Origin: a virus
Taxonomy: Duplodnaviria > Heunggongvirae > Uroviricota > Caudoviricetes
IMG/VR virus record: IMGVR_UViG_2534681773_000020
DNA: 20,815 nt
Strand: one strand, 5' to 3'
Each line of letters starts with the position of its first letter. The stretch's first letter is position 1. Below the pieces are notes generated by a model. It had not been told where the DNA came from, ran no database searches, and worked only from the letters and a program-made list of their open reading frames with translations. The translations under genes and the position numbers were made by a program. Of this stretch, positions 1 through 7,845 are shown piece by piece.

Positions 1-1119
1 TCAAATAACCAACTTAACCCATTCCTGACCTCGAGTATCGTTATAGCGATCGGTGGTTGCCTGGACTTTATGTCCTAGTAATGTTTTTGTATCAATACCC
101 TGTGCACGGTACAGCCGTTCTGATAGAGAGCGTTGTTCATGAAATGTTGGCGGAGTTTTTCCTGCTGGTGGAATTATCCCAGCCAGATCCCGTGCTTTGG
201 CAAAGTAGTCGCTCAGGTTGTCTTTACTCATCGGCTTCGGTTGTTTCTGGTGCCGACTATGGATTAGATATGGACTTAATATTCTGTCTCGGCACCCATC
301 AATAACTTCTTTTAACGTTATCCCAATGGCATCACAGCGTAGTGTAAGCGGTAACGCCAGACGCATTCCGGTTTTTCCCTGGGTGATATGCAAGTGTTCG
401 TTCCACACATCTGAAAAACGCATGTGGCAAATGTCATCACGGCGCTGACCAGTAACAATCGCAAGAAGCATTGCGTTACGGATAAAGTGTTTTTCAGGCG
501 TTGCATTGTAAATTTTTTGCCAGTCTTCCATGGTGAGCCTGGCTCTGGTTACTTTAGGGATCGGTTTACGGGTAGCCTCCGGAGGATTCCATCCAGGAGG
601 AACTTCCCCTGCATGCTGTGCTTCTTTATAAATATCAACCCATAATCCACGATTTACTCTCGCTGTGCTGACCATGTCTTTATCCAGCCACTCATCCAGT
701 ATTAATGCAAAGTCTCTTACTTCCAGTTCTTTCAATGGGTGGTTTCCCAGACGGGAAACCAGGTATGCAGCCATTCGGGTTTTTTCTTTGTGAGTTGTAG
801 CTGCAATATCTCCATTTTTCAGTCGCGTGTCCTGTATTTTCAGATATCGATCAACCCATGCCTTTAATCTGATACCCCGACGTTTTGTTGCTGACGGACT
901 TTCATCAATTTTGCGCATGAAATATTCAGCTTCTGCTGCAGCTATTCGCTGATTGGCTGTGGAAGCGATTTTTTCTGCCTTACCTTTGTCTGTTCCGAGT
1001 CCGTGAAATTTTCCAGTCACAGGATTTTTATACTGGTAGTAAACTCTGCCAGTTCTGCGATCAAACTTTTCGTAAAGACCGGCTACGTCAGTGCTGTTTT
1101 TTCGTGGCCTCGGTGACAT
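1..1119 (-). CDS. int: Phage tyrosine integrase (site-specific recombinase), complete
   Basis: 372-aa ORF ending at window edge; C-terminal catalytic residues in HEQRSL, LLGHK and TDRYNDTRG (R-H-R-Y type); sits at prophage end next to xis. Confidence 0.9.
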   Translation of the reverse strand: MSPRPRKNSTDVAGLYEKFDRRTGRVYYQYKNPVTGKFHGLGTDKGKAEKIASTANQRIAAAEAEYFMRKIDESPSATKRRGIRLKAWVDRYLKIQDTRLKNGDIAATTHKEKTRMAAYLVSRLGNHPLKELEVRDFALILDEWLDKDMVSTARVNRGLWVDIYKEAQHAGEVPPGWNPPEATRKPIPKVTRARLTMEDWQKIYNATPEKHFIRNAMLLAIVTGQRRDDICHMRFSDVWNEHLHITQGKTGMRLALPLTLRCDAIGITLKEVIDGCRDRILSPYLIHSRHQKQPKPMSKDNLSDYFAKARDLAGIIPPAGKTPPTFHEQRSLSERLYRAQGIDTKTLLGHKVQATTDRYNDTRGQEWVKLVI

Positions 1120-1357
1120 GAGTTAAAATCTCCTTCAGTGCATCATCATCGCCAGTATGAATTTCCGGCGCAATTCCCGTTTCACCAGGCCCAACAAATA
1201 CTGCTCGGCGATCTATCAGCCAACGCCCACGAATTTTTTGTGGTCTTGGAACGATGTATCCTAGTTTTCCGTATTTCACCAGGGTAGTGTTTGTTATTGG
1301 GAGACTGAACCGTTTTGGTTTCCACTCGTCGAGCGTTATCAGGTACTGTTCGCTCAT
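1088..1357 (-). CDS. xis: Excisionase (Xis-like small DNA-binding protein)
   Basis: 89-aa ORF immediately upstream of int and overlapping its start by 32 nt; ATG at 1357 preceded by GGAG at 8 nt; ORF track GTG alternative at 1366. Confidence 0.65.
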   Translation of the reverse strand: MSEQYLITLDEWKPKRFSLPITNTTLVKYGKLGYIVPRPQKIRGRWLIDRRAVFVGPGETGIAPEIHTGDDDALKEILTHVTEATKKQH

Positions 1358-1418
1358 GGCTATCACTCCGGAACGCGCCAGTTGCAGAATATCAACGACA
1401 ACTGGCGACGGTTGAACA

Positions 1419-3890
1419 TTAAAAATCAGCCTGATTCGGGATCAGTTTTTGCCAGATAGCTGAAACGTATTTTGCCTGGTGACGAGCGTCATCAAGTGCA
1501 TTATGGCGCTCACCTTCGAATGGAATAGCCGTTCTGGCATCGAAGTCTATGGCTTTCCCCAGCTCAACGATTGTGCGTACATCGCGATCGTTGTAGTAAC
1601 GCCACGGGCAGGGGATCCCCTGCCGTTCGTATGAACGGCGCAAAATCGTGTTGTCGAAGTTGGCTCCATTTCCCCAGACCTGAACAAAAAATTCACCGGA
1701 GTTTTCGTCGATAAATTCCCGCAATTGTAACAGTGCATCATCTAACGGGATTTCATCGGTCATAATGGCAGATTGCGCTTCGCGTGATTGCTTAAGCCAC
1801 CATTTAATGGTGTCCCGATCAATGACTCCGCCAGCAGTTTCCAGATCGATAGTCTTACTAAATTCCGGTCCCATATCTCCGGTTTGCGGATCGAAAAATA
1901 TTGCACCTATTGAGATGATCGGGGCATCAGGATTTTTTCCCATGGTTTCAAGGTCGATCATTAGATGGTCACACGTCCTGCTGGTGGATGTGATTTCTTG
2001 ATGACCGTTCACCTTAATTGAGTGATCTGCCGTCTCGCCAGTTTCATTATCGCTGGCATGATGCTGATTGCCGCCAGTGTTCTCCTTGTGTGGATGTTCA
2101 GCGCCTTCCATTTCCTCCGGATCATCTTCCTGAACTTCAGGCTGATACTCTTCATCGAATGTTTCCTGGTATGTTGCGTCGCCCATTACCGCGCCACAAT
2201 CAGGGCAGTTGCCACCACCGCTTTGACCGCAGGCGGTGCAGACTTTTTCCGGTTCCTGTTGCGCTACTGGCTCAGGTTGTTTCGTTTCTGGCTCGTTTTG
2301 TAACGCATTTGGGCTGTTTTGTTCCGCTTTCTGGCCGTTCTGTTCCGTTTCTTGTTGGTTCTGATTCACTGAATCGCGGGTTTCAATCCCCTTCACCCAT
2401 TTCGGATCATTCGGGTCGCTAATCCCTGCAACAAATTCACCACGTGATACTGCAAGCAGTTCATCGGCGTCAGGTTGGCTGATATTGGCTGCCTGCATAA
2501 TTTTGTTTACTTCGTCAGCGGTAACTTTTACCGGCCCTGGTTGTGCGGTCGTGTCAGATGCACCAGTATTTTGTTGTGAACCTGAGTATGTACTGTTTTT
2601 GCGGGCGAAATATTCTTCTTTCGTGATTTCAGTAGCCCCGGCAGCCAGCGCCTTATCCAGACCAGAAAGTTTGTTTGCGCGACCGTATTTTTCGCCATCC
2701 TTGTCGGTGAAGAGGAAGTAGAACGGCCCCTCTCGCTCTACAGATGCTTCGACTTCCACTTTGCATTCGGTTTTTTCGTTGTCCGGAATTGCCGTTTCCA
2801 CTGCATCAGTTTCTGGTACTGGCGACGAGAGAGTATCAGTTGCGCTCTGATTTCTTCCTTCATCTTCAAACACGCCCTTTGTAGTCAGGTATTCAGTAAT
2901 GTATTTGTTCAGTGCCACAGGGTCTTTGTGAATGTCGATCGGACGTTCACGGACAAGGCCAAAAATAGTCTGGCGGTCGTAGCGAAGGGCATCAGGCTGT
3001 TTGCGCATTGATGCCGAGATACGCTTCCAGTCTTCGCGGTCGTTGTCGATAACTTCATTTTTTGCCCAGCGATGGATGCTGCCGTCAATGTTTCCGGCAT
3101 CCACATCACCAGGCCAGAGAGCGTAGGCCAGTTCGTCATCCAGTGTTTTCCATGTCTGCTTGTATTCGCGATGAATGGCAGCAATGACCGGGTTGATTTT
3201 TCCTGTTGAATTTTCAGTGTGCTGTTGATTGGTTCTGGCGCGGGCGAGATCAACAACAGACGTGTATTTTCCGGTTTCCTTGCGTTCACCTTCGCGACGT
3301 TTTTTCCAGATGCGCATCTCTGCCTGAATTTCGGGCCATTTAGCACCAGGAATACATTTATGCTTAACCCACCCAATGGCGTGCAACTTAAGCTCCGGAT
3401 ACATGGCGTTAACTTCTGGCATTTTCATCAACGCTTCAACGATATGTCCGTCGAATGTTGCCATGTCTTCCTGCAACAATTCCTGTGCGCTAATAACCAT
3501 ATCAACGGTGATGTTTTCACATGTGTCGAACTTAACCATGACAGCGTTCTGTACTTCAGGGGCCAGCTTGTCAAAAGTGACGTTCATCGGATCGGATTCA
3601 GTCTCAACCGGGACAAAAGAAGCAGACTCCTCATCCCAGCGGTTTTCCTGCATATATTCAGCATCCCATGAATCGAGGGCAGGGCGGGGTATGCCAGGTT
3701 TATCCTCGCAGACAAGAAATTTATAAGCGCAGTCCTGAGCAGCCGGATAATGTTCCAGGAATTGCCAGTGAAATTTTGCTCGAGCACGGCGTTCGTCGCC
3801 AGCTTCAATGGCAGTGGCTACAGCGACTGCACCTTCTTCCTTTATTGCCTGTTCGTCCGGAATGGCGGCGCAAATAAAGACTTTACTCAT
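1419..3890 (-). CDS. Large phage protein with C-terminal DEDDh (DnaQ/RNase T-like) 3'-5' exonuclease domain; N-terminal about 600 aa unknown with acidic Q/E/P-rich linker and CxxC-x8-CxxC zinc ribbon
   Basis: 823-aa ORF; Exo motifs IDLETMG (D-x-E), WGNGANFD and HNALDDARH in last 190 aa; CTACGQSGGGNCPDCGA zinc-ribbon-like motif near residue 540; GAGG 9 nt upstream of ATG. Confidence 0.85.
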   Translation of the reverse strand: MSKVFICAAIPDEQAIKEEGAVAVATAIEAGDERRARAKFHWQFLEHYPAAQDCAYKFLVCEDKPGIPRPALDSWDAEYMQENRWDEESASFVPVETESDPMNVTFDKLAPEVQNAVMVKFDTCENITVDMVISAQELLQEDMATFDGHIVEALMKMPEVNAMYPELKLHAIGWVKHKCIPGAKWPEIQAEMRIWKKRREGERKETGKYTSVVDLARARTNQQHTENSTGKINPVIAAIHREYKQTWKTLDDELAYALWPGDVDAGNIDGSIHRWAKNEVIDNDREDWKRISASMRKQPDALRYDRQTIFGLVRERPIDIHKDPVALNKYITEYLTTKGVFEDEGRNQSATDTLSSPVPETDAVETAIPDNEKTECKVEVEASVEREGPFYFLFTDKDGEKYGRANKLSGLDKALAAGATEITKEEYFARKNSTYSGSQQNTGASDTTAQPGPVKVTADEVNKIMQAANISQPDADELLAVSRGEFVAGISDPNDPKWVKGIETRDSVNQNQQETEQNGQKAEQNSPNALQNEPETKQPEPVAQQEPEKVCTACGQSGGGNCPDCGAVMGDATYQETFDEEYQPEVQEDDPEEMEGAEHPHKENTGGNQHHASDNETGETADHSIKVNGHQEITSTSRTCDHLMIDLETMGKNPDAPIISIGAIFFDPQTGDMGPEFSKTIDLETAGGVIDRDTIKWWLKQSREAQSAIMTDEIPLDDALLQLREFIDENSGEFFVQVWGNGANFDNTILRRSYERQGIPCPWRYYNDRDVRTIVELGKAIDFDARTAIPFEGERHNALDDARHQAKYVSAIWQKLIPNQADF

Positions 3891-3982
3891 TTTGTTTTAC
3901 CTCATTACAGATTTAAGGGTGAACAAATCCCTGCCATTGCTGGCATATAAGAATGAAATCGGATGTTTATTACGGAACTGTT

Positions 3983-4174
3983 TTAAAGACCTGCCGGGAT
4001 TTCGTTATTATCCTGGTGAATAACTTTATCGACCGGGTAACAGTTACCGGGAATTTTCTGTTCGGTTGCTGCAGTCACACACTCCTGCATTGTCCTGTGA
4101 ACACTGACTGCAATATCAACTGGCTCTCCGGAAACAAGAAAAACTGTCAGAACAAGTGCAAATGCTGTATTCAT
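3983..4174 (-). CDS. ydfD: YdfD-like small protein (63 aa) with N-terminal hydrophobic/signal-like segment
   Basis: ATG at 4174 overlaps upstream stop in an ATGA junction; AAAGGA 8 nt upstream; translation MNTAFALVLTVFLVSGEPVDIAVSV... recalled as close to E. coli YdfD of the dicB operon. Confidence 0.55.
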   Translation of the reverse strand: MNTAFALVLTVFLVSGEPVDIAVSVHRTMQECVTAATEQKIPGNCYPVDKVIHQDNNEIPAGL

Positions 4175-4359
4175 TGCCAGCATCCTTTTTGTATCGGACG
4201 TAAACGGGCCAGCATTGAAAGAATGCATATTTTATTTAATAGCTCCCGTTCGTGTTTTCTCTTGTTAATGGCATCTTCAGTAAATACAGGGTTACTGATA
4301 GTGACACCAATTTCAAAACAACCTTCAGACGTATTAACGTTTGGTAATAACGTTTCCAT
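4171..4359 (-). CDS. dicB: DicB-like cell division inhibitor (62 aa)
   Basis: Internal ATG at 4359 with GAGGA 7 nt upstream; translation METLLPNVNTSEGCFEIGVTISNPVFTEDAINKRK... matches recalled DicB (MinC-dependent division inhibitor) almost residue for residue; lies directly downstream of DicF homolog. Confidence 0.6.
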   Translation of the reverse strand: METLLPNVNTSEGCFEIGVTISNPVFTEDAINKRKHERELLNKICILSMLARLRPIQKGCWQ

Positions 4360-4528
4360 TATCGCGTCCTCAACAATGAATTTTGTGATGCGGTGCCTGG
4401 TGCCTCCAGGTGACGTTAACCAGTTAACAATTAACGCCGGATACAGAGAATCCACCCATAACACTGTTTTTGGTTTTAACTGTTCCGCGTGCGCTCAGCC
4501 GCATTCACCGCATCACAAAATTCACTTT

Positions 4529-4586
4529 AAAAAGGGCGGCAGAGCAGTCACGGAGTAAAACTGATACCGCCAAACGTCACCAGAAA
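4529..4586 (-). ncRNA. dicF: DicF-like small regulatory RNA (about 53 nt plus U-tract)
   Basis: Reverse complement of 4534-4586 reads TTTCTGGTGACGTTTGGCGGTATCAGTTTTACTCCGTGACTGCTCTGCCGCCC followed by TTTTT, matching the recalled E. coli DicF sequence; located between upstream ORF and dicB as in the Qin dicB operon. Confidence 0.6.
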
Positions 4587-4890
4587 ATTGATAACAGAGG
4601 GCGTTGCAGCGGGGTTGTCACTTAAGCGTATGGTCAACCTGACAACCCGGTGTCCTCAACGGGGAAGGAATAACCCCGCCATACTTACCGCCGCGCCATT
4701 TCGCGGATTGCCACAACCGGAAGCGCACGATCGAATTAAATTTAACGACGACCTATACAGAGAGACTAACTTCGCCGGGCGCTTTCGTGTTATGCCCTGA
4801 CTTTTCAGGGATATATCCTTTTCAGTAAACTGTTAGTGCCGGATTCTTATCCGTGTCCGGCGCACGCACTCTACCTCACCTGTGAATAAA

Positions 4891-5277
4891 TTAATGATTA
4901 ATTGATATTTTGTTATTTGATTCAACTTTCCCATCGGATGTGTGATGCTTTAAATCACAGGAATTAATACTGCTCGCTGTAAAATGATTTTCAAGGGGAG
5001 CTATTCGAATCCCTTTCTTTTTCATTAACAAGCCAAATCCTTTATTAATGATGTCCATTAATTCCAGGAAGTATTTTTCATGTAAATCCTGGTTATCAGA
5101 GAGCTGCTTCTCTTCGTACAGACCGATAAAGGCACGACGCACGTTACCGGATATAGTATCGATGGTTTCTTTTTCTACGGTACTCAGGTCAAGAGTCGCC
5201 AGTTGAGAGCGAACCACATTCGATGCCATTTCCTGGAATGGTACTGGTAAATCTTTAAATTCCATCGTCAACCTCAT
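4891..5277 (-). CDS. Hypothetical protein (128 aa; alternative start at 5265 with GAGG at 7 nt)
   Basis: ORF in early-left operon orientation; start overlaps stop of upstream YdfA-like gene (ATGA); no recognisable motif. Confidence 0.5.
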   Translation of the reverse strand: MRLTMEFKDLPVPFQEMASNVVRSQLATLDLSTVEKETIDTISGNVRRAFIGLYEEKQLSDNQDLHEKYFLELMDIINKGFGLLMKKKGIRIAPLENHFTASSINSCDLKHHTSDGKVESNNKISINH

Positions 5278-5429
5278 CAGTCAGTGTTTCTGGTTAACCA
5301 GCGACGCGCGCCAGCTTCAGTTTTAAACGTTTTGCTTCTGGTATACGTCATCGCGGTAAACGTGCCGTCCTGGTTGGGAAACACGCCGTACACCAGAGAT
5401 TCGTTGTTGCCAAGATCGATAGTATCCAT
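5277..5429 (-). CDS. ydfA: YdfA-like small protein (50 aa), first gene of leftward early operon
   Basis: Internal ATG at 5429 preceded by GAGG at 5 nt; translation MDTIDLGNNESLVYGVFPNQDGTFTAMTYT... recalled as similar to E. coli YdfA; ORF track extends to 5516 with a weaker start. Confidence 0.45.
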   Translation of the reverse strand: MDTIDLGNNESLVYGVFPNQDGTFTAMTYTRSKTFKTEAGARRWLTRNTD

Positions 5430-5554
5430 GCTGACCTCATTTCCCCTTAACGCTGGGGTAGCGGAACTAAAAACCTGCTGCGCTGTTATACAAAGTGTTC
5501 CCGCCGTCATGTTCATACGCCTCGGGCTGGCTACTTACCCCCTGACCACTGCTT

Positions 5555-5628
5555 GGTAACTCGAAGTATTGCCCGGCGTTCTGTGGGGCGGGGTGGGTTG
5601 GTATGTTGTTAAGGTAACAAGAGTTACC
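5555..5628. promoter_or_regulatory. Putative left operator/promoter region: perfect palindrome GGTAAC-AAGA-GTTACC (5613-5628) and imperfect copy GGTAAC-TCGA-AGTATT (5555-5570)
   Basis: Same GTAAC-N4-GTTAC motif recurs at oR side of cI; lies between cI terminator and first leftward gene. Confidence 0.45.
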
Positions 5629-5671
5629 TTTCGAGTCAATACAATGTTGCAAAAGGTACATTTGAGGGCAT

Positions 5672-5698
5672 GAAAAACCCGCAATGAATGCGGGTTCT
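5672..5698 (-). terminator. Intrinsic terminator downstream of cI
   Basis: On minus strand: AACCCGCA-TTCAT-TGCGGGTT stem-loop followed by TTTTC; immediately after cI stop. Confidence 0.5.
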
Positions 5699-5701
5699 GA
5701 C

Positions 5702-6418
5702 TCAGTCTAAGTATTGATGTATTTGTGAAACTTTACCTTTAATGGTGTAACCACCATTCAGTTCGATGGGTTTGTAAAGCGGATTCAGTGACAACAGATA
5801 GATGTTTGGTCCGTCAATCGCAACTTTTTTTAGTGTTACGTTTGGAGTTCCTTCCAATTGGATTAAGATTATTTTTCCCACCAGTTCTCTAATGTTACTT
5901 GAGCATGGTGTGATCAGCACGGTAGATCCGTCGGGGATGGTTGGGAGGCCGTTAGAGTTTGTCATCGCATCTCCCTCAACATGCAATAAAAAAGAGTTTT
6001 CAGCGGTTTTTGTCATGACATCAACCCAATTCTTAATACCAGGAATCTCGGTTACTGGACAACTCATATCCCAATAACCAGCCTGTTCCCACGTTAAAAC
6101 GGGCAACCGGGCGATGTTGTCACTAATGTAAGGGTACTGATTCAGACGCAGATCATCGGCTTTATCGTGACCGTCCTTTCCATAAAGAATCCATTCAGGA
6201 GATTTGGAAAGCAATTTTGACAGTAGATACAAATTCTCACCGTCAGGTTTTGAAGAGCCATTTTCCCATTTTGTTACGGATACACGAGATATGCCGATTG
6301 CTTTCGCAACCTGCTGTTGGGTTAATCCAACGTCTTTTCGACGATTCCGAATACGTTCGCTGATAGTGTTTTTCATGTAACCAATGTTACTACCAAGTGA
6401 TGTTGCTATGGTTGACAT
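5702..6418 (-). CDS. cI: CI-type phage repressor (N-terminal XRE-family HTH, C-terminal S24 LexA-like autopeptidase)
   Basis: 238 aa; HTH QQQVAKAIGISRVSVTKWENG; C-terminal S24-like region with GDAM and KK motifs; no SD upstream of ATG, consistent with leaderless translation as for lambda cI from pRM. Confidence 0.9.
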   Translation of the reverse strand: MSTIATSLGSNIGYMKNTISERIRNRRKDVGLTQQQVAKAIGISRVSVTKWENGSSKPDGENLYLLSKLLSKSPEWILYGKDGHDKADDLRLNQYPYISDNIARLPVLTWEQAGYWDMSCPVTEIPGIKNWVDVMTKTAENSFLLHVEGDAMTNSNGLPTIPDGSTVLITPCSSNIRELVGKIILIQLEGTPNVTLKKVAIDGPNIYLLSLNPLYKPIELNGGYTIKGKVSQIHQYLD

Positions 6419-6438
6419 TGTTATGTAACTATTGTTAC
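6377..6438. promoter_or_regulatory. Putative right operator/divergent promoter region: GTAAC-CAAT-GTTAC (6377-6390) and GTAAC-TATT-GTTAC (6425-6438); TTGACA hexamer at 6412-6417
   Basis: Two inverted-repeat sites with the same half-sites as the oL palindrome, spaced 48 bp centre to centre, spanning the cI start and the cI-cro intergenic region. Confidence 0.45.
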
Positions 6439-6467
6439 CCTTCTACTCGAAATAACAGGAGAGTTTT

Positions 6468-6683
6468 ATGTTCAAAGATGATGTTCTGCGCTATTTCAAA
6501 AAAAAGCGACTAGTAGCTGAGGCTCTTGGAATTTCACATGTGGCTGTTGTGCGGTGGAAAGCAGTTATTCCCAAACTTCGCGCAATGGAACTGGATGAAA
6601 TTACTAACGGTGAATTGAAATACAACCCAGAACTTTACAAGAAGCAGGATAGCACCTCAAACGAAGGAAAGAATGATTCATGA
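6468..6683 (+). CDS. cro: Cro-like regulator (YdaS-family HTH protein)
   Basis: 71 aa, divergent from cI; AGGAGAG SD; HTH segment LVAEALGISHVAVVRW; followed by coupled ydaT-like gene. Confidence 0.8.
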   Translation: MFKDDVLRYFKKKRLVAEALGISHVAVVRWKAVIPKLRAMELDEITNGELKYNPELYKKQDSTSNEGKNDS

Positions 6684-7105
6684 AAATCAAGCATGAACAC
6701 ATCCGCATGGCGATGAATGTCTGGGCGCATCCGGACGGCGAAAAAGTACCGGCTGCGAAAATTACCAAAGCGTATTTCGAGCTGGGAATGACGTTCCCGG
6801 AACTGTATGACGACAGCCATCCGGAAGCCCTGGGTCGTAATACCCAGAAAATTTTCCGCTGGCTGAAGAAAGACACTCCTGATGCGGTTAAAAAAATTCA
6901 GGCGTTGTTACCGGCGATCGAAAAAGCAATGCCGCCTCCGCTGGTGGCCCGAATGCGCAGCCACAGTTCGGAATATCACCGGGAGCTTGTCGAGCGACGG
7001 GAGCGCCTGGTGAAAGATATCGATGAGTTTGTTGCATCAGCGATCGTTCTGTTCGATCAGATGAATCGCGGTGGTCCGGCAGGAAATACTCTGCTTGTGC
7101 ATTAA
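6680..7105 (+). CDS. ydaT: YdaT-like protein (CII-position regulator / putative toxin YdaT family)
   Basis: 141 aa; N-terminus MKIKHEHI as recalled for Rac YdaT; ATGA overlap with cro stop; AAGGAAAG SD. Confidence 0.7.
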   Translation: MKIKHEHIRMAMNVWAHPDGEKVPAAKITKAYFELGMTFPELYDDSHPEALGRNTQKIFRWLKKDTPDAVKKIQALLPAIEKAMPPPLVARMRSHSSEYHRELVERRERLVKDIDEFVASAIVLFDQMNRGGPAGNTLLVH

Positions 7106-7118
7106 TTGGGTAATAAAT

Positions 7119-7628
7119 ATGAATAATGACAAAAAATTGACACTGAGCGTTTACGAAAACAGTCCGCACATCTGGCGTGGCGGTTTATCTGATGTGGAGC
7201 TGGCAGAGTGGTTGATACATAAAGCTAATGCGCTGCTCTGGCGTTTGTCAGCCAGAGAACAGCACAAGGAAACCAGAATAAAGCTGGCTGATGCAGAAGC
7301 GTGTGCCGGGCTTATTGAGGATTATACAAATCTTGGTATTTCTTCAGCAGAGAGTGATCCCATTCAGCCTCTGAGCAGGGAGTCAATCCAGCACGCTGGT
7401 TGTATGGCACATCTTGTAACTGCTCGTCAACATGAGGTGGGTATTGGATCACTTCCGGTGGGATATTCGCTGATTCCAGAGCTGGTTGAAGCAAGAAAAT
7501 CAGTTCAGAAAAAGAGAGATGACGCACTTCAATTATTGAGAGAGCACTATGGCGCGATACCAGAATGCGAACAGCGTCGATACCCTGAAGGTTATGAATG
7601 GATGCAGTCTCTTTTTGAAGTTCGCTAA
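7119..7628 (+). CDS. Hypothetical protein (169 aa)
   Basis: Long ORF between ydaT-like and replication genes; ATG at 7119 chosen because the GTG at 7071 overlaps ydaT; weak SD. Confidence 0.55.
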   Translation: MNNDKKLTLSVYENSPHIWRGGLSDVELAEWLIHKANALLWRLSAREQHKETRIKLADAEACAGLIEDYTNLGISSAESDPIQPLSRESIQHAGCMAHLVTARQHEVGIGSLPVGYSLIPELVEARKSVQKKRDDALQLLREHYGAIPECEQRRYPEGYEWMQSLFEVR

Positions 7629-7845
7629 TCAATATGTCGAGACGAAGGTATGTTTCGGCGCGCAGCTAGGCTCTGTAATCCGGGAGCATTTCGGGGCTGT
7701 TACACCAACGGTTTGTTGCTGCAACATTTAATACATGAGCCTGATAAAGGCTTTTCAAAAAATACATGTCGAACCTCCTCTGGTTCTGTCGATTGGGAAT
7801 CACAGATTATACCTGGAGGAAGGTTCGACACCAGATGAGGCAATT

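Noticed and set aside
2018-2422. Plus-strand ORFs (134 aa, 93 aa and others) inside the exonuclease gene
   Set aside because: Antisense shadow frames within a long, motif-supported minus-strand CDS.
3953-4558. 201-aa plus-strand ORF spanning the dicB/ydfD/DicF interval
   Set aside because: Runs antisense to two SD-supported, translationally coupled minus-strand genes and the DicF homolog; translation is Cys-rich and low complexity; no SD.
4588-4800. 70-aa plus-strand ORF in the DicF upstream leader
   Set aside because: Lies in a heavily structured non-coding region on the opposite strand to the operon, has no SD and an Arg/Pro-rich translation typical of GC-rich shadow frames.
5467-5661. 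64-aa minus-strand ORF across the putative oL/pL region
   Set aside because: Overlaps operator palindromes and the start region of the YdfA-like gene; no SD; composition atypical.
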